The notes under the pieces are model-generated. The model did not search any database. It was not told the DNA's origin and saw only the letters and a list, made by a program, of their open reading frames with translations. The position numbers and the translations under genes are program-made. Shown here in pieces: positions 19,101 through 28,469 of a stretch of 64,000 nt of DNA (position 1 is the first letter of the stretch; every line of letters begins with the position of its first letter). The DNA is taken from positions 9,247 to 73,246 of the forward strand of contig CAZCGA010000010.1 of the NCBI GenBank assembly GCA_964498075.1. The letters run 5' to 3'. This DNA is from an uncultured Candidatus Binatia bacterium (GTDB lineage: Bacteria; Desulfobacterota; Binatia; HRBIN30).

Positions 19101-19126
19101 GGCGCCTGGACCAGGCCGTCCCCTGA
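16109..19126 (+). CDS. Membrane-fused spermidine-synthase-like (polyamine aminopropyltransferase family) protein with C-terminal helical/TPR-like region
   Basis: About 450 aa of predicted TM helices (FISGFTGLVYEVIWAKYL...) precede a class I MTase/SpeE-like core: ALVIGYGSGITVGALLRHPIESVDVVEISPEVI...YDLIVSEPSNPWIAGIANLFTVEFF. The tail is Ala/Leu-rich and helical. Confidence 0.6.
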   Translation: MSTRTTGAALGLLIGLLFFISGFTGLVYEVIWAKYLALLLGSTAYAQVGVLAVFMGGLAAGSVVWGGRVDRGSRALALYGALEIGIGLCAVVFASGFDALSQAYWWALATVGATGLAAAVVKTGLCVIAMFPSTFCMGGTLPVLSRALGVERPGLGRGVAYLYTVNSLGAALGAVLTGFYLVAMWGFDAPFFTAALVNVGVGLIALAASSRVSDQRREARPAAKEAEVAVPEIDEVRGYASLVLTAAAVSGAVAMVYEVAWIRLCSLVLGSSTYSFSIMLTAFITGIAAGSLVYSLTDPARRRPLRFFAYSSLVAAAVLVLCLPAYERLPYYLGRLTAILRQRDASFATYQTATLLFCVAVMLPLTFVSGLNFPALAHAAGQARAGIGRPVSRVLFANTAGTICGAVVGGLYLLPAAGLHGTFLLGITATALVALVVLARDRGVPRRRVQLLSAVSLAVLAAYAVIGPGWDLRLLVAGEFRRHEGIEAGTFAEYRAGLEQQLLFYRDGISATVSVERQPPDEVTLRVNGKADASAKGDRDTELLSGHLPAILHPTARRALVIGYGSGITVGALLRHPIESVDVVEISPEVIAADEQFRPYNHDPLHDPRTHLYVEDARTFLYRVEEQYDLIVSEPSNPWIAGIANLFTVEFFDQVRSRLAPDGVLVQWFHTYETSDTLVRLILRTVAQGFGEVRVFQPNRWDVFVVAAPSRRIVSRTAMEAAFREAGELGEVGINRVATVLGLEMLADAAVRRQAGAGVVNRDRLPVLEYMAPRAFFDGKNASLIAKGAIEDGFVQPAIGLDADDYRDLTAYLKRADLLHYNQALRIVAAWLAAAPQDQTAAKMLTDWTTSNPNSPVLLETLSGAASHTDPATRDAYAGLLMRVVWSLHLKPAARDVAAVAPIVRTAAQGSEQAVELLTQLGELYVASGAYADAIETLDAALAQSASAGLDGASEPSALHCARGRAFEKLGNVPAAQAALALCRPAAPDAAHPFAESRRLDQAVP

Positions 19127-19138
19127 ATGCGGTAAAGT

Positions 19139-19157
19139 GACGTCCCGGCGGGACGTC
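19139..19157. terminator. Short bidirectional hairpin between convergent genes
   Basis: GACGTCCC-ggc-GGGACGTC is a perfect 8-bp stem. It sits in the 32-nt gap between stops at 19126 (+) and 19159 (-). Confidence 0.45.
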
Positions 19158-19158
19158 T

Positions 19159-19515
19159 CTAATCGGGAGACTTGAAGGTCATCAGGTAGGTGATGAGGTC
19201 GCCGGTTTGCTCGTGATTGAGCGACGCGCCGAACGCCATCATCGCCGTGCCACGCTTGCCGTGCTCGATCACCTCCGCCATTCCTTCCGGCGTTGCGGTT
19301 CTCCAGAAATCCGCGATGCTGAAGTTGGTCGGTGGAGGTTTGAGTGCTTTTCCAGCCGGCCCATCACCCTTGCCTTCCTTGCCATGACAGAAGGCGCAGC
19401 GGGCATCGTACGACGCTTTGCCTTTCGCGGCGTCGCCAGCGTGCGCCACCCCGGCGGACACACACCACAGCGACAGTGAGGCACACATCAGCCAAGGCAA
19501 CCACGGCAGTTGCAT
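19159..19515 (-). CDS. Class I c-type cytochrome (monohaem)
   Basis: Signal peptide is MQLPWLPWLMCASLSLWCVSAGVAHA. The haem motif is CAFCHG, with a distal Met region GTAMMAFG. Confidence 0.8.
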   Translation of the reverse strand: MQLPWLPWLMCASLSLWCVSAGVAHAGDAAKGKASYDARCAFCHGKEGKGDGPAGKALKPPPTNFSIADFWRTATPEGMAEVIEHGKRGTAMMAFGASLNHEQTGDLITYLMTFKSPD

Positions 19516-19664
19516 CGTCTCTCGTGTGGCCACGTCTCGTGTCATGGGCGGGTGGCTTACTATCAAGCCTCGGCAATCGTCAAGGCGCGCCGTCCGTGCG
19601 GCGGAGAACTTTGACTCTGCGCGGTAGTTCCTCTACTGGTGCGACGGCATGCAAGAGGAACGTG

Positions 19665-20123
19665 ATGAGCCGACGCGACGCCATTCAACTCACCGCCGAT
19701 GAGCAGGAACAGTTTCTCAAACACACGAGGACGATTGTTCTCTCGACCTTGGATCCGCGGGGCTATCCGCATTCGGTGGCCATGTGGTACGAGATGGAGG
19801 ACGGCGGCTTCGTGATGACCACGTATGCCAAGTCGCAAAAGGCGCTGAACATCCAGCGCGACCCCAAGGTGGCGCTGTTGGCCGAGTCGGGCGCGACATA
19901 CGACACGCTGAAAGGTGTGCTCATCCGCGGCCGTGCCGAGTTGATTCACGACCTCGACACGTGCGTGAAAGTGCTGTCACGCATCCATCGAAAGATGATG
20001 GGCTCGATGCCCGAGGGGATCGAAGCAGCGCTCAAGCAGCAAGCCCGCAAACGGGTGGTCATCCGGGTGACGCCCGAGCGCGTCAGCAGCTGGGACCACA
20101 GCAAGTTGGGTGGTGCGTACTAG
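19665..20123 (+). CDS. Pyridoxamine 5'-phosphate oxidase-family (PPOX/F420- or FMN-binding split-barrel) protein
   Basis: Sequence is MSRRDAIQLTADEQEQFLKHTRTIVLSTLDPRGYPHSVAMWY...DPKVALLAESG...LKGVLIRGRAELI. Confidence 0.65.
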   Translation: MSRRDAIQLTADEQEQFLKHTRTIVLSTLDPRGYPHSVAMWYEMEDGGFVMTTYAKSQKALNIQRDPKVALLAESGATYDTLKGVLIRGRAELIHDLDTCVKVLSRIHRKMMGSMPEGIEAALKQQARKRVVIRVTPERVSSWDHSKLGGAY

Positions 20124-20327
20124 CTTGGCTGCGCACCGTCACGCGGGCTACGGGACAGGCCGCCGCCAGCACCGCCGCTTGAGCGCCGCAATCAAGCTCG
20201 GAGACGCCGCGGCGGCTGATTCGCGCACGCACCGTATTGCAAATCGTAGACGGGAGGCGCATTAAGGCCCCCTGTCAGACTTCCCGATGTTTCCGCACCA
20301 TGCCTCGCGCTCCAGGAATTCGACGTC

Positions 20328-22808
20328 ATGAACGGGATCAGCGGACTCGCGCGGGCAGCGGTGTTTCTTTGCTGCGTTGCGGCGACTGCGGCAGCCGCCG
20401 ACGGGGCGCCGGGCGATTTGGACTGCCTGACCCCTGGCGACATTACCGCGGTCGTTGAGGCGATCTTCAACGGCAGCACGTGTCCGGGAACGGACGTCAA
20501 CAGGGATGGACGCGTCACCGCTGCGGATCTTCCCGCAGCCGTTCGCGCCCTCCCGGTGCCACTGACCCCGAGCCTCACCCCAAGCTTGACCCCGGGCCTC
20601 GCCGCGAGCCCATCGGTCACGGCAACCCTGCAGTCACGCTCACCGACCGCCACGCCTACTCACACGGCTTCGACGACGCCGACCGCGACGCGGTTCGCGA
20701 CGCCGAGCTCCACTGCGTCGGCGTCGAATACGCCCACGGTTCGTTCGACGCCGGTTGCGACCGCGACAGGTCCGCTGTCCGTGACGCCGACCCCGTCACC
20801 CACGTCCTCGCGGACCGCGAGCGGTACCCCCTCGGCAACGCGCACGCCGTCGCCGCTATTGACCGCCCAGGCATCCATGACGCCGACGAGCACTGGAACG
20901 GCGACGTCCGCGTCTTCGCCAACGGTTTCGGCGACCGCTGCCGCGAGCGCAACGGTCACGAGCACCCCAACCGCCACGGGCACTGCGACCGCCACGCCCA
21001 CTGGGGCCACCGCTACGCCGGGAACGGTGACCCCCAACACCGCAACCCCAACTGCGTCCGCAAGCCCTAGCATTGCCGCAACGGCTACGCTGACACCGCC
21101 ACCCGACAGTACGGTTTCTCCACTCCCGCTCACGCCGACAGAAAGCCCGACGCCGGCCGCGACTCCAACACCCACCGCCAGTCCCGTGCTGACCCCGCCG
21201 ACGGCCGCGTCGTCATCAACGGTGACGCGGACAGCTACGCGGACCCTTACGCCGACCGCCTCTGCGACACCGAGTGCCACGCGCGTGCTGCCGCCCACCC
21301 TCACCCCCTCACGCACCGGGACTCCCGGCCCGACCGCTACGATGACCCGGACACCTTCGATCACGCGCACGCCCACGGTCACGCGGACGCCGACCGTAAC
21401 GTTGACACCGAGCCGGTCGCGAACGCCGAGCCGAACCGCGACGCCCTCGGTGACGCCAACCTCAACCAACACGCCGAGGGCTACCGCGACCGCCACCACG
21501 ACCAGAACACCGACACTCACACCAACGGCGACAAAGAGCCGGACGGCGAGCGGAACGCCCACGGCGACGGCGACCGGGACGGACACTGCCACCCCCACCG
21601 TGACGGCGACCCCGACGAACACACGGACGCCCACCCGGACCAAGACGTTGAGCGCCACGGCTACCTCCACGCCAACCTCCACCCTGACGCCAACGGTCAC
21701 TCAGACTCCGAGCCGAACGACCACCGGGACGGACACGCCGACCGCAACGCTCAGCCCCACACGCACGGCCACCAGGACAAAGACGGACACCGCGACGCGG
21801 ACACCGACGCGCACGGCGACCCGGACCGCGACATCAACCCCGACGCGCACATTCACTGCGACACCAACTGCGACGGCGACGCGTACGCCCCTCGGTACCG
21901 CCACGACGACCGCTACGCGTACCACAACGCCGACGGCGACGATGACTCGCACCCCCACCGCGACGGCGACATCGACAGTAACGCGCACGCCAACGGCGAC
22001 ACGGACGTTTTCGCGGACGCCAACCCAGACGGCGACTCGGTCACCAACACGTAGTGCGTCGCCCACTCGAACCGCCACCGGCACGCCGACGCCGCTCCCA
22101 CCGGATGCGGGACCGAAGGTGCTGTTCCTCGGAGTCGTCACCAACGCGGACGGCTGCGTGTTTTGTTGCGACGACACCTGCGTGACGACCCCGACCCCGA
22201 CGCCGGCGTTCGATGTTCAGGGACGCCGGGTCTACGAGGTAAAAAACGGTCAGTTCATCATCGTGGTGGAAGGTGCCGCCGGTGCGAGTCTCGCGGCTCC
22301 CGGCAAATCGCTGCAACCGGTCGCTCCAAGCAACCGGCCGGACCTGCAGATTCAAAACACTCGGGATATGGGAAACGGGAGTTCGCAGGTATGCGATACG
22401 GGTCCGGCGTCGTCCGGCGGTGGAGGCATTCCGGGGATCAACCCTGCGAGCTTCGCGCCAGGCAATCCGACGATCTCCGACGCGCTCAACGATTTCGCCT
22501 GTCGCTTCGATCCGTTTGTCAGCGCAAGTTCACCCTGCACGATCAAGGATCCAGGGCGCGAGCCGAAGACCATCATGACGGACGCCACGGCGCAGTTCTG
22601 CGACGTTGTGACAACGACCGCCGAATTTCCAACCGGCGAGTCGGTCGTGACGGTGAAACTGCGCGACGTGATCGGCAACCTCGGACCAACTGCCGAAATC
22701 GTGGTCCGGGTGGCCACACTCGCACCCACGCCGACGCGCACCGCGAGCCGCACCGCGAGCCGCACCCCGACACTGACTGCAACCCGTACCCCGACCCGCA
22801 CGCCGTAA
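20328..22808 (+). CDS. Secreted protein: dockerin/EF-hand-like loop, ~500-aa Thr/Pro/Ala/Arg low-complexity linker, conserved Cys-containing C-terminal domain (paralog A)
   Basis: A signal peptide is followed by [32 protein letters not shown], then long TPT/TRT repeats. The C-terminal ~230 aa includes [41 protein letters not shown]...[14 protein letters not shown]. Confidence 0.7.
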   Translation: MNGISGLARAAVFLCCVAATAAAADGAPGDLDCLTPGDITAVVEAIFNGSTCPGTDVNRDGRVTAADLPAAVRALPVPLTPSLTPSLTPGLAASPSVTATLQSRSPTATPTHTASTTPTATRFATPSSTASASNTPTVRSTPVATATGPLSVTPTPSPTSSRTASGTPSATRTPSPLLTAQASMTPTSTGTATSASSPTVSATAAASATVTSTPTATGTATATPTGATATPGTVTPNTATPTASASPSIAATATLTPPPDSTVSPLPLTPTESPTPAATPTPTASPVLTPPTAASSSTVTRTATRTLTPTASATPSATRVLPPTLTPSRTGTPGPTATMTRTPSITRTPTVTRTPTVTLTPSRSRTPSRTATPSVTPTSTNTPRATATATTTRTPTLTPTATKSRTASGTPTATATGTDTATPTVTATPTNTRTPTRTKTLSATATSTPTSTLTPTVTQTPSRTTTGTDTPTATLSPTRTATRTKTDTATRTPTRTATRTATSTPTRTFTATPTATATRTPLGTATTTATRTTTPTATMTRTPTATATSTVTRTPTATRTFSRTPTQTATRSPTRSASPTRTATGTPTPLPPDAGPKVLFLGVVTNADGCVFCCDDTCVTTPTPTPAFDVQGRRVYEVKNGQFIIVVEGAAGASLAAPGKSLQPVAPSNRPDLQIQNTRDMGNGSSQVCDTGPASSGGGGIPGINPASFAPGNPTISDALNDFACRFDPFVSASSPCTIKDPGREPKTIMTDATAQFCDVVTTTAEFPTGESVVTVKLRDVIGNLGPTAEIVVRVATLAPTPTRTASRTASRTPTLTATRTPTRTP

Positions 22809-22916
22809 GTGGGAGTGCATCGGTGTGGCGGGAAATTTCTCGTGGTGCATTGCAAACGGCGCGCAGTCCAGGCATGAGAGATCGGCCTGATTCACTTGAG
22901 GCCGTTTGTTGTTCGT

Positions 22917-25451
22917 ATGTCGCGTCTTGCTCACCTGCCTGCGGGGAAATTTGTCTACAATGCGGCAGGGCGGTTGGTCGTGGCCGCGATCGTTGCCTGT
23001 CTCGGTGCAGCGCCGGCAGTTGCTGCCTGCCTGCCCGGCGATGCGGACTGCGATAGCGCCGCGGATTCCCGCGACGTAAGCGGCGTGATCGCCGCGATCT
23101 TCGGCGACAACAGCTGCGAGTGTGCTGACGCCAACGGCGACGGTCGCGTAACGGCTGCCGACGTCCTGGCGGAGCTACGGCGGTTGCCGGTCCCGACGCC
23201 AACCGCGACGGTCGAAGCGTCGCCGACTGCCACGCAACCGTCACTGTCGCCGAGTCCGACACCGAGCGCTTCGCCGACCGAGTCGGCCACGCGGGGGGGC
23301 TCGCCATCACCCACGAGTACTCCCACGGGGGTGTTGACGCCGGGACAGACGGCGCTGCCTTCGGCAACGCTCATGCCCACACCGACACGAACATTGACGC
23401 CGTCAGGAACATCCACGGCGTCGAGTAGCCCGGCGTCGACACGCACGACATCGCCCTCGCCGACGCCGGAGGCGACGGCGACGCAATCGACGACGTCGGC
23501 TCCAACGGCATCGCCGACGGAGGCGACCACGGCGACGGTTCCGCCGTCGTCGACCTCCACCCCCGGGGACACACCGACATCGTCTGCGACGCCGACGGAG
23601 ACCGCTACGCTGCCGCCGTCCCAAACTCCAACCATTACGGGGACGCCCACGGTCACACCGACCGAGTCCGATACGCCGACGGTGACGCAGACGTTGACGC
23701 CCTCACGGACAGGAACGGCGACGCGCACGGGAACCGTCACTCACACGCCCCGCGCGACCGCAACGACAACAACCACACGCACCTTCACGCGCACTGGGAC
23801 ACCCTCGGCGACCCCGACGATAACGCGCACACCGACCAATTCCCGGACGCCAACGATTACGCGGACGCCGCCGCCAACGGGAACCGACACGCCGACTCCG
23901 ACGCCTTCGTCCACCGGAACGGTTGCCACGACACCACCGGTGACTTCCACGCTGAGCGCGAGTCATACGCCGTCCATTACCGCGACGGCCGCAACGACTC
24001 CCATGGACACCGCTACCCTCGCGCCGACAGAAACCGCACCGCCGGGCTCGACGCAGACAGCAACGTTCACAGCGAGCCAGACGACCCCCACGGCGACCCC
24101 GACGCTCACGTGGACTCCGACGAACACCAAGACGCCGTCACTGACCCGGACGCCGACGGTCACGCGGACACCCACAACAACACGCACAGACACACCGACC
24201 CCCACCAATACGTGGACCTTCACTCTGACGGCGACGCAGACGGTGACGAGAACCCCGACGGTGACCGCCACCGCAACGGTGACGCGAACGCCATCGGCAA
24301 CGCGTACCGCAACCGCGACGCCGACGTCGACCCGCACAGCGAGCGGCACCGGTACCTCGACGACGACGCGCACGCCGACGGCGACGCCGACGGGGAGCGG
24401 GACGCAAACGCCCACCCGCACCCCAAGCGCGACGGCCTCTGCGACGGTGACCGCGACGCCGACGGCGACGCGCACGTCGACCGCAACGGCGACGGCAACA
24501 CCGTCGCAGACGGCGACGCGCACCCCGACGACGACGGCCACGCGGAGTGCAACACCCAGCCCGACGTCGACACGAACGCTGACGGCAACCCGAACCAACA
24601 CGACCACGGCGACGCCGTCGCGGACACCCACCTCGACCGCCACGCGGACCGCAACAGCGACGCTGACATCGACACGGACGGCTACGTCGACCGCGACCCC
24701 GTCGGTAACGCCGCCGTCGACGCCAACGCGTACCCCGACGCGGACACCTACAGCGACGTCGACGCGAACGGCGACGCGGACGCCGCCTCCGACGTCATCA
24801 CTTCCGGGCCCGCGCGTGCTGAAGCTTGTCGTGGCTAACGGCAACGGATGCGCCGCCTGCGACGATCCGCTCTGTCAATGCACCGGCACGCCGTCACCCA
24901 CGCCGAAGATCGAGCAAGGGCTGCAGGTTTTCGACCGACCGTTTGGCTGTGGCTTCATCATAGTGGTCGAGGGCCAGCCGGCGACTCCACAGAGCCCGGC
25001 GGTGGGCACCTCGTTGCAGCCGCCGCTTCCACCCCCGACTCCCCAGACCACCCGACCCGACCTGCAGATTGAGGCGAGCCGCAATCTCGGAAACGGGAGC
25101 CTGACGGTGTGTGACCGCGGCCCGGCATCGTCCGGTGGTGGTGGGATCCCTGGAATCGACCCTGCCAACTTCGGGGCGGGCCAAGATATCACTGATGCCT
25201 TGTGGGACTTCTCGTGCCGCTTTGATCTCGGTACGCCCTGCACTCTGGGGTCGAACGGTGACAGTGCGTTCCTGGCACCGGAGTGCAACCTCCCCGCGAA
25301 TCAGTGCCGTCAATTCTGCCGATTGGTGCCTGGCACCGAGGGTTTTCCCGCCGGCGATACTATCCTAACGGCGCAGTTGCGCGACGTTGCGAAGAACATC
25401 GGCCCCGCGACCCAGATCGTCGTCCGGGTGGCGGCGGCCTGTGGGCCGTGA
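22917..25451 (+). CDS. Secreted protein, paralog B of 20328..22808 (dockerin-like loop + Thr/Pro/Arg linker + same C-terminal domain)
   Basis: ATG is at 22917 (the track starts at TTG 22896). N-terminal part is [30 protein letters not shown], followed by a TRTPT-type linker. The C-terminal domain includes [41 protein letters not shown]...LTAQLRDVAKNIGP. Confidence 0.7.
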   Translation: MSRLAHLPAGKFVYNAAGRLVVAAIVACLGAAPAVAACLPGDADCDSAADSRDVSGVIAAIFGDNSCECADANGDGRVTAADVLAELRRLPVPTPTATVEASPTATQPSLSPSPTPSASPTESATRGGSPSPTSTPTGVLTPGQTALPSATLMPTPTRTLTPSGTSTASSSPASTRTTSPSPTPEATATQSTTSAPTASPTEATTATVPPSSTSTPGDTPTSSATPTETATLPPSQTPTITGTPTVTPTESDTPTVTQTLTPSRTGTATRTGTVTHTPRATATTTTTRTFTRTGTPSATPTITRTPTNSRTPTITRTPPPTGTDTPTPTPSSTGTVATTPPVTSTLSASHTPSITATAATTPMDTATLAPTETAPPGSTQTATFTASQTTPTATPTLTWTPTNTKTPSLTRTPTVTRTPTTTRTDTPTPTNTWTFTLTATQTVTRTPTVTATATVTRTPSATRTATATPTSTRTASGTGTSTTTRTPTATPTGSGTQTPTRTPSATASATVTATPTATRTSTATATATPSQTATRTPTTTATRSATPSPTSTRTLTATRTNTTTATPSRTPTSTATRTATATLTSTRTATSTATPSVTPPSTPTRTPTRTPTATSTRTATRTPPPTSSLPGPRVLKLVVANGNGCAACDDPLCQCTGTPSPTPKIEQGLQVFDRPFGCGFIIVVEGQPATPQSPAVGTSLQPPLPPPTPQTTRPDLQIEASRNLGNGSLTVCDRGPASSGGGGIPGIDPANFGAGQDITDALWDFSCRFDLGTPCTLGSNGDSAFLAPECNLPANQCRQFCRLVPGTEGFPAGDTILTAQLRDVAKNIGPATQIVVRVAAACGP

Positions 25452-25481
25452 GGCATTATCAAACTATTTTCGCTTTTCCGC

Positions 25482-25510
25482 TTGACTAGTTTTGCGGAAT
25501 GCGGCATAGA
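25482..25510 (+). promoter_or_regulatory. Candidate sigma70-type promoter for the four-paralog operon
   Basis: TTGACT (25482-25487), a 17-nt spacer, then CATAGA (25505-25510). It sits in a locally AT-rich gap (GGCATTATCAAACTATTTTCGCTTTTCC...) ~80 nt upstream of the ATG at 25588. The -10 element is weak. Confidence 0.3.
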
Positions 25511-25587
25511 AACTGTCGCGTTTTCACCGGGATCGAGGAGGTCCCTGCTTGATGGTAGACGCTGGAGTTACCGAAAGGAGGCGTGCA

Positions 25588-26952
25588 ATGCGTGGGTTAA
25601 AGCGGAATCCTTGGCTGTTTGGCCTTGGGGTACTGCTCGCTGTCCTGGTGGTGTATGGAGGGCATGCCCGAGCCGACGTCACCACCGACCAGTCGGGCTC
25701 GCTCATCTTCTTCCCGAAGGTGATCGCCGATGGGACGCGAGATACACTGATCGAACTGACCAACACCTCGAACATGGCGGCGTATGTGCACTGCTTCTAC
25801 GTCAATGCGTCCGGGCACTGCCGCGTCTCCGGTGAGGCGTGCAAGACAGACATCGACTGCCCGACGGATCCGGTAGTGGAGACCTGCGACCGGCAGTGTG
25901 TGCCGAATGACTTCGACCTCCTGCTGACGGCTCAGCAGCCGACTATGTGGCGAGTGTCGACCGGCCGCATCACCAACCTCTTCTTCCCGCCGCCGTGCCG
26001 CATCGGTCAGCGGTGTGCCTGCGCGGGTGGCGTCCAGTGCGACGGCAATGGCCTGTCGGGTAGCCAGTGCTGCCCAGGCGATGAGCCGGGCCTGGCGGGG
26101 CAGAACTCGTTCGCGGTACCGAAGACCGGAACCGACTTCGAGGGGCTGCTGAAGTGCGTTCAAGTCGACGAGAACTTCGAGATGCCTGTGATGCAAAACT
26201 CGCTCAAGGGCGAAGCGGTGCTCGAAACCTTGGAGTCCGGACAAGTCAGTGAGTACAATGCACTCTCGATTACGGCGTCCACGGGCCTGGACAGCAACCT
26301 CGATCTCCACCTCCTGAGCCCTGTGCCGTCAGGTGTCGTCAACGGCGTGAACGAGTACAATGGCTGCCCAACGAGCCTGGTGCTCAACCACTACGCTGAC
26401 GGGGCGGTCGATGCCTTCTCGGGCGCGTCGGTCACGACCGAGCTGACGCTCGTACCGTGCACGGACCTTCTGGAGGCGGCCCGTCCGACTCATACCGTAG
26501 TGAGCTTCAACCTGATCGACGAGTTTGAGGATCTGATCGGCAGTGCCGACGCAGTCGGTTTTGACTGCTTCTTCAACAGTCGCCTCGGCGACATCAGGAA
26601 TTTCTTCAAATCGAAACTCGTGGGAGGCGCGGTTCCCGTCACCAGCCCATTTGCCAAGACAAGGATCAAGGTCTCCTCAGGGTCGGTTTGTTACAGCGGG
26701 GACAACATCGGCAAGGGGTGCAACCCGGCCAACGGCGATGATGACTGCACGGGATTCGAAACCACGGACACCGGTACGTCGCTGGGCTGCCGGGCGTCCA
26801 GCGCGGTTCTGGGCGTGGCAGAGGAGTTCCACTCAATTATCGGTCGTCCTGACGGCACCGCGGCTGTAAACCTCATTCAAGAGGGTAGCCGCACCGGGAA
26901 CGATGGTCGCATGGGTGACCTCATTGTCGCTCCACGGTTGAAGCACGACTGA
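25588..26952 (+). CDS. Secreted Cys-rich protein, uncharacterised paralog family (member 1)
   Basis: AAGGAGG lies 6 nt before the ATG. Signal peptide is MRGLKRNPWLFGLGVLLAVLVVYGGHARA. Family motifs: SLIFFPKVIADGTRDTLIELTNTSN..HCFYVNA, LKGEA, EYNALS, EYNGCPTSLVLNHYADG, ELTLVPC, IDEFE. Confidence 0.75.
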   Translation: MRGLKRNPWLFGLGVLLAVLVVYGGHARADVTTDQSGSLIFFPKVIADGTRDTLIELTNTSNMAAYVHCFYVNASGHCRVSGEACKTDIDCPTDPVVETCDRQCVPNDFDLLLTAQQPTMWRVSTGRITNLFFPPPCRIGQRCACAGGVQCDGNGLSGSQCCPGDEPGLAGQNSFAVPKTGTDFEGLLKCVQVDENFEMPVMQNSLKGEAVLETLESGQVSEYNALSITASTGLDSNLDLHLLSPVPSGVVNGVNEYNGCPTSLVLNHYADGAVDAFSGASVTTELTLVPCTDLLEAARPTHTVVSFNLIDEFEDLIGSADAVGFDCFFNSRLGDIRNFFKSKLVGGAVPVTSPFAKTRIKVSSGSVCYSGDNIGKGCNPANGDDDCTGFETTDTGTSLGCRASSAVLGVAEEFHSIIGRPDGTAAVNLIQEGSRTGNDGRMGDLIVAPRLKHD

Positions 26953-27044
26953 CGCGAGCCGGAGGAGAGGTGATGGCGATGAATCTGAACCCTATCGTTA
27001 CTGGTTCGGGACGCTCCGGCGAGCGGAACGAAAGGAGAGGGGCA

Positions 27045-28409
27045 ATGATGAAGATTGCGCGAGTTGCTTCCGTGACTGCGTTGGTGGGGCTCGCGGCGGG
27101 AGTGGGGTTCTTCTCGGCCACTCCAATCGCCCGAGCGGCAAGTACTTCCGACAAGCCCGCAGCGATTCTGACATGGCCGAAGGTTGTGGTAGACACGCTC
27201 GGAAACTTTGGGGTGTGTGTCGACAGCCTAGGCAAGTCGTGCAGCAAGAACTCCGACTGCGGTAGCGGAGGCGTGTGCAACGCAACCCCAACTGACACGC
27301 TCATCCAGCTGAGCAACACTAGCCGAGTGCCGAAGCAGGCCCGTTGCTTTTACGTGGATGCGACGGATCACTGCAACGACGGCAGCGACCGAGTCTGCCG
27401 AGGTGCTTCCGATTGCCCACTCGACGGCGGTGGGTTTGCGCCATGTGCACAAAACTGGAACGAGATCGATTTCGACATCTTCATCACCCCTGACCAACCG
27501 CTGGCCTGGTACGCAAGCAGGGGGCTGCACAGAACAGAGTTCCCGAAGGAGGGGCCGGGCACGTGCAACAATCGTCCAGGCCTGTTCTGCTTCAGTGACA
27601 ACGACTGCGGCGCGGGGGGCTGCAACCTTGGCGACACCAACCTCGGTAGCGGCGTGCCACCGACGTCCGAAGATCCGTTCATCGGCTCGCTAACGTGTAT
27701 CGAATTTGACCCCACGAAGAGGCCGCCTGTGCCTGATCAGTCTGATACGAGAAACACCCTGAAGGGCGAGGCTGCAATCATCGCTCTTCCGCCTGATAGC
27801 GAATTGCGCGCCGGCGTTGACGTCCAGAAGTACAACGCGGTGGGCCTACAGGCGACCGGCAACCAGTCGGGTCTAACCGGTCAATTGCAGATCGGTCCGG
27901 ACAACGGCGACACCGGGGGCCAGGAGTACGCGGCTTGCCCAGCAACCCTCATTCTGAATCACCTCTTCGATGGCGCGACGGATCCGATTTCGGGTGACAC
28001 TGAAGTCGACGCAACGGTGCGCACGGACCTGACCCTGGTGCCCTGCGGCAACAACCTGCTCACGCAAACCCCCGGTCGCGTGATCGCTCACTTCCTGGTC
28101 TTCAACGAATTCGAACAACGGTTCTCAGCAATCCGGACGGTCGACTGCTTCCTGGAGAGTCAGCTTTCGCGGATCGACACCTCGAATCCCACGCGCTCAA
28201 TATTCAACGCGGGTGTGTCGGGCACGATTGCGGGTCAGAGCCGAATCCGAGGGGTGGGTTCAGCGGCGACAGGCCGTGGACTTCTCGGCGTGGCACGCGT
28301 GTTCTTCGCCAACGCCGAAACGACCTGGGAATCCGGCGCGGGCTACAACCTGCACCAATTCGGCGAACCCGCTGACAACGTGCAGGCAGACGTCATTACG
28401 ATTCCCTAG
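27045..28409 (+). CDS. Secreted Cys-rich protein, same paralog family (member 2)
   Basis: AAAGGAGAGG precedes the ATG and a signal peptide is present. Family motifs: ILTWPKVVVD...DTLIQLSNTS..ARCFYVDA, LKGEA, KYNAVGL, EYAACPATLILNHLFDG, DLTLVPC, FLVFNEFEQRFS. Confidence 0.75.
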   Translation: MMKIARVASVTALVGLAAGVGFFSATPIARAASTSDKPAAILTWPKVVVDTLGNFGVCVDSLGKSCSKNSDCGSGGVCNATPTDTLIQLSNTSRVPKQARCFYVDATDHCNDGSDRVCRGASDCPLDGGGFAPCAQNWNEIDFDIFITPDQPLAWYASRGLHRTEFPKEGPGTCNNRPGLFCFSDNDCGAGGCNLGDTNLGSGVPPTSEDPFIGSLTCIEFDPTKRPPVPDQSDTRNTLKGEAAIIALPPDSELRAGVDVQKYNAVGLQATGNQSGLTGQLQIGPDNGDTGGQEYAACPATLILNHLFDGATDPISGDTEVDATVRTDLTLVPCGNNLLTQTPGRVIAHFLVFNEFEQRFSAIRTVDCFLESQLSRIDTSNPTRSIFNAGVSGTIAGQSRIRGVGSAATGRGLLGVARVFFANAETTWESGAGYNLHQFGEPADNVQADVITIP

Positions 28410-28469
28410 CTCCGTCGTGTCGGCGAGGCGCGGTTAGTTCAGGCGGTGATGGCGAAAAGGAGGGAACTC

